64,000 bases of DNA from Candidatus Omnitrophota bacterium (GTDB lineage: Bacteria; Omnitrophota; Gorgyraeia; JAFGHF01). Where the stretch lies: NCBI GenBank assembly GCA_042571705.1, contig JBHPFV010000004.1, positions 7,167 to 71,166 on the forward strand, written 5' to 3'. Below, one piece after another: positions 8,498-15,519 of the stretch. Below the pieces are notes generated by a model. It worked only from the letters and a program-made list of their open reading frames with translations. It was not told the DNA's origin and made no database searches. Positions within the stretch are counted from its first letter, which is position 1, and each line of letters begins with the position of its first letter. Made by a program: the position numbers and the translations under genes.

Positions 8498-9763
8498 CTA
8501 CTCTTTTTTAGATAGGAGGCGCTGAACGTGGCTGGGCGCCTCCCCTTTTTTTATGGTGCTAATCTCGGCCGTCTTTCTAAGCTTGATCTCGACTTGGTCA
8601 TTCTTGATCTTCTTCTCACCGATAATAACCTGCAGCGGCACACCGATTAAATCGGCGTCTTTGAGCTTAATCCCGGCGCGCTCATCACGCTCATCGAGCA
8701 AGACATCAATATTATTCTTTTTAAGTTCGGCATAGATCTGAAAGGCCTCATCTCTTGACTGTTGGTCCTGCATATTTAAGGCCAGGATTAACACCTGATA
8801 GGGACTAATTTCCGCCGGCCAGACAATGCCATGTTGATCGTGTCCCTGTTCAATCGCGCAGGCAATAATCCGGTTGACCCCAATACCGTAACAGCCCATA
8901 ATTATCGGCTGTTCTTTCCCCTGCTCATCTAAAAACTTAGCGCCTAAGACCTGGCTATATTTAGTCCCCAATTTAAAGATGTGCCCGACTTCAATCGCGG
9001 TCTTAAACTCCAACTCGCCGTCACACTTAGGGCAACTCTTGGTCTTTTTCAATTGCTCACTGATGCTACTGCTGGCCCAGGCACAGCGCGTGCATTTGGC
9101 CACGCTATCCTCACCACCTTCAGCTGGAACCATAAATTCATGCGAAACATCGCCGCCCATGATGCCGGGGTCGGCCTCCACGGCCAGAAAGTCCAGGCCG
9201 CTGCGGGTAAAGATGCGCAGATAGGCATCGTACATTTTTGAATAGTTTTGATTTAACCCCTCAAGATCCCGATCAAAGCTGTAGGCGTCTTTCATAATAA
9301 ACTCACAACTCCTTAACACCCCGAATCTGGGCCGCGGCTCATCGCGAAACTTAGTCTGGATCTGATATAGAATCTGAGGCAGCTGCCGATAAGATTTAAA
9401 ATAAGCCCCAGCCAACTCAGTAATCACCTCTTCGTGAGTGGGGCCCAAAATCATCTCCTTGTCCCGGCGGTCACGAAAAGAAATCAGCACCTTACCGATT
9501 TCTTTATAACGCCCGGAATCCTTCCAGAGTTTGGCCGGCTGTAAAGCCGGTAACAGCAGCTCTTGGCCAGCGCAGGCATTCATCTCTGAGCGAATAATCT
9601 GCTTGACTTTATGCAGTACCCTCAAGCCCAATGGCAAATAGGAATAGACCCCTGAGGAAAGTTGCCGGATCAGGCCGGCGCGCAGCATCAATTTATGACT
9701 GCTGGCCTCGGCGTCCTGGGGCACCTCTTTTAAAGTCGGGATTAGGCTCTCACTCCAAAGCAT
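8498..9763 (-). CDS. proS: Prolyl-tRNA synthetase, bacterial-type core without an INS editing domain
   Basis: MLWSESLIPTLKEVP...SSHKLMLRAGLIRQL..SGVYSYLPLG, motif 2 FRDEPRPRFGVLRSCEFIMKDAYSF, motif 3 GCYGIGVNRIIACAIEQ. 421 aa. Confidence 0.9.
   Translation of the reverse strand: MLWSESLIPTLKEVPQDAEASSHKLMLRAGLIRQLSSGVYSYLPLGLRVLHKVKQIIRSEMNACAGQELLLPALQPAKLWKDSGRYKEIGKVLISFRDRRDKEMILGPTHEEVITELAGAYFKSYRQLPQILYQIQTKFRDEPRPRFGVLRSCEFIMKDAYSFDRDLEGLNQNYSKMYDAYLRIFTRSGLDFLAVEADPGIMGGDVSHEFMVPAEGGEDSVAKCTRCAWASSSISEQLKKTKSCPKCDGELEFKTAIEVGHIFKLGTKYSQVLGAKFLDEQGKEQPIIMGCYGIGVNRIIACAIEQGHDQHGIVWPAEISPYQVLILALNMQDQQSRDEAFQIYAELKKNNIDVLLDERDERAGIKLKDADLIGVPLQVIIGEKKIKNDQVEIKLRKTAEISTIKKGEAPSHVQRLLSKKE
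8515..8552 (+). terminator. Rho-independent terminator of the plus-strand pseudopilin operon
   Basis: GGAGGCGC (8515-8522), 13-nt loop, GCGCCTCC (8536-8543), then CC + T7 (8546-8552). It lies inside the last codons of the convergent proS. A smaller hairpin GAGTA-AGC-TACTC + T6 sits at 8491-8509. Confidence 0.6.
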
Positions 9764-10805
9764 TTTTCACCTCGGAAATTAATGTTTTTACGATTCTGTC
9801 TTGTTTAATTATTCTAACGATTTTACCTTTTCTAAATAAAGCCGCGCGATTATTTCCGCAGGCCACACCTAAATCGGCCTCTTGAGCCTCACCCGGACCA
9901 TTGACCTCACAGCCCATAATCGCTATCTTTAATCCTCGTTTAGCGTTGAGCGGATAGCGTAGAGCGGACAGCTGCCGCTCAAATTGTTGCGCAATCTTAA
10001 CCAAATCAACTTTGGTTCGGCCGCAGGTAGGACAGGAAATTACCTGTGGACCAAACCTACGCAGCTCTAAGGTCTTGAGAATCTGCCTGGCTACAGCCAC
10101 CTCTTCTTCCGGATTTCCGGTCAAAGAGACTCTAATCGTATCACCCAGGCCATCTAATAAAAGCGAACCGATGCCCAGGACTGAATTGACTGTCCCCTGC
10201 CTGGGCAACCCGGAGGCGGTAACTCCTAAGTGTAGCGGATAATTACAGCGCCGCGCTATCTTTCTATAAGCGCTGACAGTGGTCAAGACATCTGAGGCCT
10301 TAAGTGAAACGATAATATCATCGAAACCAAAGCCCTCCAGCATCTTGATGTAATTTAACGCCGCCTTAACCATCGGATCGGTAACTCGCGTATTACGTAA
10401 CGAACCGGAATTAACCCCAACTCGAATCGGCACCCTTCTTTTTTTAGCCGCACCGGCAACCTGGCGCACTTCTTCGCTGCGGTAAATATTACCGGGATTT
10501 AAACGTATACAATCAACGCCCCGGGCCAAGGCCTCCAACGCCAACCGGTAGTTAAAGTGGATGTCGGCCACTAAAGGGATATTGATCTTTTTCTTGATCT
10601 TATCTAATGCCCTGGCGCTGGCAGTGTCTTGTACAGCCACACGGACAATTTCACAACCGCACTTTTCTAACGCTCTAATTTGTCTGACCGTGGCGTGAAC
10701 CTGGGCGGTCTTGGTCTTGGCCATCGATTGGATCGAAACCGGGAATTTAGAACCTATTTTTACTTTGCCGATCGAAACTGTTTTCGTTTTTCTGCGCTGG
10801 ATCAT
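9750..10805 (-). CDS. ispG: 4-hydroxy-3-methylbut-2-en-1-yl diphosphate synthase (MEP pathway)
   Basis: KTVSIGKVKIGSKFPVSIQSM, VRVAV, PLVADIHF, C-terminal CPTCGR...MGCEVNGPGEA. Confidence 0.95.
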   Translation of the reverse strand: MIQRRKTKTVSIGKVKIGSKFPVSIQSMAKTKTAQVHATVRQIRALEKCGCEIVRVAVQDTASARALDKIKKKINIPLVADIHFNYRLALEALARGVDCIRLNPGNIYRSEEVRQVAGAAKKRRVPIRVGVNSGSLRNTRVTDPMVKAALNYIKMLEGFGFDDIIVSLKASDVLTTVSAYRKIARRCNYPLHLGVTASGLPRQGTVNSVLGIGSLLLDGLGDTIRVSLTGNPEEEVAVARQILKTLELRRFGPQVISCPTCGRTKVDLVKIAQQFERQLSALRYPLNAKRGLKIAIMGCEVNGPGEAQEADLGVACGNNRAALFRKGKIVRIIKQDRIVKTLISEVKNALE

Positions 10806-11905
10806 TGCCCCTGCCCAAAGCTATTCCAGAATTCGCCCACTTTATCTAACCAGCCGGAACGCATTACATCATAATAAGAAATTAAAAGCATTAAAGAGAC
10901 CAGTACTAATATCCCGGCTTGAGTAGCCAGCTCCTGAGTCTTGGGCTGCACCGGACGCTTCCTTAATTTTTCCAAAGAAATGAATAACAGGTGGCCGCCG
11001 TCTAAGACCGGGACCGGCAAAAAATTAAAAATTGCCAAACTCATGCTCAACACCGCCATTAAGTACAATAGCGAGACAAAACCCATCCTGGCGGCTGAGC
11101 CGGTCAGCTGAAAGATCATGATCGGACCGGCAAAAGACTCCTTGAAGGAGAGCCGGCGGGTAATCACCAGCCAGAGCGACTTAAGGGTCAGGCCGGTGAG
11201 CTGGATTAATTTTTTTCCGCCTTCATAAAAAGACTCAGCGACGTTATATTTAAGCGTGGTGATTTCTTCAGAAGGTGAAATCCCGATCAGGCCAACGCTG
11301 GTTTTTTGCCCGAAAAGGTCGGGGTGCTCTTCCACTCTGGGAATCACGCCCAGCGTCAACACCTGGTCCTGGCGCTGGACTTCTAAAATAACCCGCTGAT
11401 TTTCAGTCTTTTGATGGATAATCTCGGCTAAATCATCCCAGTATTTAACTTCTTTTCCGTCAATTGACAGGATCTGGTCAGCGCTCTTGAGGCCTGCCGC
11501 CTGTGCGGGATAATCATCAACTACCTCGCCCACTTTAGTTGTTAAGGTCGGCGCGCCAATAATAAAAATGAAAGAGAATAGTAAAAAGGCTAACAGGTAA
11601 TTCAAGACCGGACCGGCGGCCACAATCTGAGCCCGCTGGCCGCAGCTTTTGGAAAGGAACTCACCTGGGGCGCCTTTAAGTTCCTGATTAGGCTCATCGC
11701 CGGCCATCTTAATATAGCCGCCCAGGGGGATGGCGCTAATTAGATATTCGGTCTGGCCAATCTTTTTGCTCCAAAGTTTGCGGCCAAAACCAAAAGAAAA
11801 TTTCTCAATCTGCACGCCATTTTTTTTAGCCAAAATAAAATGGCCGAATTCATGGATAAACACCAAAATGCCAAACACAAACAAGAACGCTAAAATTGAA
11901 ATCAT
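10802..11905 (-). CDS. rseP: RIP site-2 zinc metalloprotease (M50, RseP family, single PDZ)
   Basis: HEFGHFILAK, PDZ-like centre, NFLPVPVLDGGHLLF. ATGA overlap with ispG. Confidence 0.9.
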   Translation of the reverse strand: MISILAFLFVFGILVFIHEFGHFILAKKNGVQIEKFSFGFGRKLWSKKIGQTEYLISAIPLGGYIKMAGDEPNQELKGAPGEFLSKSCGQRAQIVAAGPVLNYLLAFLLFSFIFIIGAPTLTTKVGEVVDDYPAQAAGLKSADQILSIDGKEVKYWDDLAEIIHQKTENQRVILEVQRQDQVLTLGVIPRVEEHPDLFGQKTSVGLIGISPSEEITTLKYNVAESFYEGGKKLIQLTGLTLKSLWLVITRRLSFKESFAGPIMIFQLTGSAARMGFVSLLYLMAVLSMSLAIFNFLPVPVLDGGHLLFISLEKLRKRPVQPKTQELATQAGILVLVSLMLLISYYDVMRSGWLDKVGEFWNSFGQGQ

Positions 11906-11920
11906 AATTTTTCCTTTATT

Positions 11921-13081
11921 TTAGTTTAAGTAGCTTAAGGTCTGTTCCCTGGCCCACTGATCGGTCTGGATGATCTCGGTTAAGCTGGGTCGCGGCTTAT
12001 TCTTTAGCCTACTTAACACCCGCTCAATTATCCGCGGAATATCGGTAATCCTAATCTTTCCCGCCAGATAGGCCCAGACACACTGCTCATCTGAAGCATT
12101 GAGTACTGCCGGGGCCAGGCCATTGCTTTTGAGCGCCTGCAGGGCCAGTTGCAAGCAGGGAAATTTAGCCAGGTCCGGCGCGCGAAAAGAAAGCTTGGCC
12201 GCTTGGGAGAAATCCAGCCGGGCAATCTTAGCTGATAGTCTTTGCGGATAGGTTAAAGAATATTGAATCGGGATGCGCATATCCGCAACTCCCAGCTGGG
12301 CAATTACCGAACCGTCGATAAACTGGACCAAAGAATGCACTATCGCTTCCGGATGAATCAGGACCTCTATTCTTTCGGCCGGTAAATTAAACAGATGATG
12401 GGCCTCGATTACCTCCAGGCCCTTATTCATCAAGGTGGCCGAATCAATGGTAATCTTTTTACCCATTTTCCAATGGGGATGATTCAGGGCCAAGGCCGGC
12501 CCCACAGTCTTAAGATCCTCGCGGGTATGATCTTTAAACGGGCCTCCGGAACCGGTTAAATATATCTTCTCCAGGCTTTGCTTGGGCTCATCCTTTAAAC
12601 ATTGAAAGATAGCGCTATGCTCACTGTCAATAGGGATAATCTCCACGCCATTCCTTTTAGCCTGGCGCATTAATATATCTCCGGCCATCACCAGGCTCTC
12701 TTTATTGGCCAGGGCCAGGCGCTTAGTGTGCTTTAATGCCTGTAATGTAGGCAAAAGCGCGGCGCTGGCGCCGATGGCCATAATTGTTATGTCGGCACCA
12801 TAAGCGGCAACCTGCTCAATTCCTTCCGGGCCACAGTGTAATTTCGTCGGCGCGCTTATTTGCTTTTTCAGCGTGGAAAACTTATCCTGATCCATAATCG
12901 CGGCTATCCGCGGCTTGAATTGCTTGATCTGCCGGGCAAAGACCGAATCATTGGCTCCTGTGGCTAAAGCTACAACTTTAAACTTATCTTTTAGCCGGGA
13001 GATAACCTTCAGGGCGTTTTGCCCAATTGAACCGGTAGAGCCGAGAATAGCAACTGTCTTGATTTGTTTTTGTGTTTTCAT
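11921..13081 (-). CDS. dxr: 1-deoxy-D-xylulose 5-phosphate reductoisomerase
   Basis: VAILGSTGSIGQNAL, LANKESLV, PIDSEHSAIFQCL, MNKGLEVIEAHHLF. Confidence 0.95.
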   Translation of the reverse strand: MKTQKQIKTVAILGSTGSIGQNALKVISRLKDKFKVVALATGANDSVFARQIKQFKPRIAAIMDQDKFSTLKKQISAPTKLHCGPEGIEQVAAYGADITIMAIGASAALLPTLQALKHTKRLALANKESLVMAGDILMRQAKRNGVEIIPIDSEHSAIFQCLKDEPKQSLEKIYLTGSGGPFKDHTREDLKTVGPALALNHPHWKMGKKITIDSATLMNKGLEVIEAHHLFNLPAERIEVLIHPEAIVHSLVQFIDGSVIAQLGVADMRIPIQYSLTYPQRLSAKIARLDFSQAAKLSFRAPDLAKFPCLQLALQALKSNGLAPAVLNASDEQCVWAYLAGKIRITDIPRIIERVLSRLKNKPRPSLTEIIQTDQWAREQTLSYLN

Positions 13082-13893
13082 CGCATAAACACTTTTACGT
13101 AGAAGTAGAATGCGGGGGCGGTAAACAACAGGCTGTCAATGGCATCCAAAATTCCACCTAGGCCGGGTAAACTACGGCCGGAATCCTTAACGCCGCAATC
13201 GCGCTTGATTAGTGATTCGGAAAGGTCGCCAATCTGGGCCAAGGCCCCTAGGACCAATCCTAAGATCAGTAAACTGAAGACGGAAAATGTAGGCAGAAAT
13301 GCCCCGGCGGCAACGGAAACCGCGACACTAAACGCAAGACCTCCGATCGCCCCTTCCACGGTTTTTTTAGCGCTAATATGGGGAATCAGGCTGTGCTTGC
13401 CAAATTTGGATCCAATTAGATAAGCGCCGATATCGCCTGACTTAGTGACTAGAATAAGATAAGCCACCAAAGACCGCCGAAAGGCCTCAGTTCCCACAGG
13501 CATCGCCCTGATTCTGATCATAAAACTTAAGAACCAGCTGACATATAGCAAACCAAAAAGAATAGTCGAGATACTGATTACGGCCCGTTGATCGCGTTTT
13601 GTAAATTGGACAATAATGATGATCAGGCAAACAACCGGGATAAATACCAGCGACCAATCATAGGGCAGGCGATAATCAAAATATGTGGCCCCGGCCACAA
13701 CCGCGCCTAAACATACGCCAAATTTTCTATTTACCCCAATCTGCTTTTTGCCGACCAGCACGAAAAATTCATTCAGCCCCAGGGCAACAAAGATTGTGAC
13801 TAAAATCGCAAATGCCCAGGCCGGGGCCAGAAACAGAGTCGCCGCGCAAGCTCCAATAATGATTAAACTAGTCCTTAATCTCTCGATCAGCAT
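13078..13893 (-). CDS. cdsA: Phosphatidate cytidylyltransferase family (CDP-diglyceride synthase), with a divergent C-terminal signature
   Basis: Polytopic membrane protein. SESLIKRDCGVKDSGRSLPGLGGILDAIDS corresponds to the CdsA signature. Position is between uppS and dxr. Confidence 0.8.
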   Translation of the reverse strand: MLIERLRTSLIIIGACAATLFLAPAWAFAILVTIFVALGLNEFFVLVGKKQIGVNRKFGVCLGAVVAGATYFDYRLPYDWSLVFIPVVCLIIIIVQFTKRDQRAVISISTILFGLLYVSWFLSFMIRIRAMPVGTEAFRRSLVAYLILVTKSGDIGAYLIGSKFGKHSLIPHISAKKTVEGAIGGLAFSVAVSVAAGAFLPTFSVFSLLILGLVLGALAQIGDLSESLIKRDCGVKDSGRSLPGLGGILDAIDSLLFTAPAFYFYVKVFMR

Positions 13894-13917
13894 AATCCCT
13901 CTGAGCGCTACTTTAGG

Positions 13918-14625
13918 TTACTTGCCAAATCTTCTTTCTCGACTCTGAAAATCAAGAATAGCTTCTTTTAAGTCCTGTTTTTTAAAATCCGGCCAAAACT
14001 TAGGAGTGAAATAGAGTTCGGCATAGCTGATTTGCCAGAGTAAAAAGTTACTGACCCTGAGCTCTCCGCTGGTGCGGATTAATAACTCCGGATCCGGTAA
14101 ACCGGCGGTATAAAGATGAGCAGCAAAAAGCTCCTGATTGATGTCATTGGGCCCAATCTTTTTCTGCTGGGCGGCGTGGGCAATTGCTTTTACCGCGCGG
14201 ATAATTTCTTCCCGGGAGCCATAATTCAGCGCCAGATTCAAAATCAGCCGGGAGTTCTCCTTGGTTTCGTTGATCGCCTTTTGCATCTTCTGGTGTAAAA
14301 ATAAAGGCAGCATTTGGCTGTCGCCTGAAATCATCAACCGAATCCCATTTTTTTTGAGCCGGCGGAGTTGGCTGTCAATATATTGGCCGAATAATTTCAT
14401 CAGCGCGCTGACTTCTTTTTTCGGACGCTGCCAATTTTCCGTAGAGAAGGCATACAGCGTCAGCGCCTGCACTCCAAAATCGATGCAGGCTTTAACTACC
14501 ACCTCAACGGTATTGGCCCCGGCCCGGTGCCCATCGAGTTTAGGCCGGCCCCGGCTTCTGGCCCAGCGGCCATTGCCATCCATGATTATCGCAATATGCC
14601 TGGGGACGCCCTTTTTATCAATCAT
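13918..14625 (-). CDS. uppS: Di-trans,poly-cis-undecaprenyl-diphosphate synthase
   Basis: HIAIIMDGNGRWA, LTLYAFSTENW.RP, IRTSGE.R.SNFLLWQ.AYAE. Confidence 0.95.
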   Translation of the reverse strand: MIDKKGVPRHIAIIMDGNGRWARSRGRPKLDGHRAGANTVEVVVKACIDFGVQALTLYAFSTENWQRPKKEVSALMKLFGQYIDSQLRRLKKNGIRLMISGDSQMLPLFLHQKMQKAINETKENSRLILNLALNYGSREEIIRAVKAIAHAAQQKKIGPNDINQELFAAHLYTAGLPDPELLIRTSGELRVSNFLLWQISYAELYFTPKFWPDFKKQDLKEAILDFQSRERRFGK

Positions 14626-14649
14626 TAAACATTACCTTTTATATAAACA

Positions 14650-14690
14650 AGGGGGATTTTCAAGAATAGATCCCCCTGTTTTAGTTTTTA
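14650..14690. terminator. Hairpin with U-rich flanks on both strands (possible bidirectional terminator downstream of the OmpA-like gene)
   Basis: aGGGGGAT (14650-14657), 12-nt loop, ATCCCCCt (14670-14677). The plus strand continues gTTTTagTTTTT. The minus-strand RNA continues UUGUUUAUAU. Confidence 0.45.
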
Positions 14691-14713
14691 GTTTTGCGCT
14701 TTAAATTTTAAGT

Positions 14714-15379
14714 TTATTTAACGTATCTTCCTGAGCTGGACCCGCTGGTCCGCTTAATCTTCTCCGGTAAAACCACAATCTCTACCCTTCTGTTCTTCTG
14801 CCGGTCGAGATCGGATCTATTCGTCGCTACCGGACGGTATTCACCGAAACCAGTCGCCGAAAGCCGCTCACCGGTAATACCTTTTTTCTCGAGATAATGC
14901 AGCACGCTGATCGCTCGGGCCGTGGAAAGCTCCCAATTAGACTTCCATCCGGAGTGTTTAATCGGCTGATTGTCGGTATGGCCTTCAATGCCAATCTCTC
15001 TATCCACGACCACGGTCCTGCCGACCTTGACCACTTTATCTAAGGTGGGAAAGGCCTCGCTGCGTAATTCAGCCTTGCCGGAATCGAAAAGCACGCTATC
15101 GACAATGGTGATTACCAGACCACGGCGGGCTATATCCAAAGTAACTTTATCATCATCAATCTCTTGGCTTAAGCTTTTTTCCAGGGCCCCATAGGCGTCT
15201 TTGAGCTTAAGATACTCCTCTTCGGTCATTCTTAATCTTTCTAAATCTTCGCTTAGAGATTCGATCTTCTCGACATCGCTGGCATGCCTTTTCTGCAGCA
15301 CCACTGTACAGCCGGACAAAACAATGACTAAACAGCCGACTAACAAAAATTTTCCCAAATTCACAAAACTCCTCATCAT
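14714..15379 (-). CDS. OmpA/MotB-domain lipoprotein (peptidoglycan-binding)
   Basis: Signal plus lipobox VLSGC, a coiled-coil-like segment, then LFDSGKAEL...IEGHTDN.P...NWELSTARA...NRRVEIVV. Confidence 0.8.
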   Translation of the reverse strand: MMRSFVNLGKFLLVGCLVIVLSGCTVVLQKRHASDVEKIESLSEDLERLRMTEEEYLKLKDAYGALEKSLSQEIDDDKVTLDIARRGLVITIVDSVLFDSGKAELRSEAFPTLDKVVKVGRTVVVDREIGIEGHTDNQPIKHSGWKSNWELSTARAISVLHYLEKKGITGERLSATGFGEYRPVATNRSDLDRQKNRRVEIVVLPEKIKRTSGSSSGRYVK

Positions 15380-15406
15380 TTCACCCTCCTATTATTTGTG
15401 CCTTTA

Positions 15407-15435
15407 ACTATAACATTGCCCTAATTCGAAGTCAA
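15407..15435 (-). promoter_or_regulatory. Candidate sigma70 promoter for the OmpA-like gene (TTGACT-17 nt-TATAGT)
   Basis: Read on the minus strand: -35 at 15430-15435, -10 at 15407-15412. A strong SD AGGAGGG lies before ATG. Confidence 0.5.
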
Positions 15436-15465
15436 TACTTTTTTGCTTTGCTTTTTTCTTTACGA

Positions 15466-15498
15466 GGTGCCTTTGCATAGCGAGCGAGCAAAGGCACC
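15466..15498. other. 11-bp GC-rich stem-loop directly 3' of hppA, with no downstream U-tract on either strand
   Basis: GGTGCCTTTGC (15466-15476), 11-nt loop, GCAAAGGCACC (15488-15498). Confidence 0.5.
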
Positions 15499-15519
15499 GA
15501 AGTAAAAGAAAAATGATAC

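Noticed and set aside
14261-14704. 147-aa plus-strand ORF
   Set aside because: It is antisense to uppS, whose motifs are unambiguous, and it runs through the intergenic terminator hairpin.
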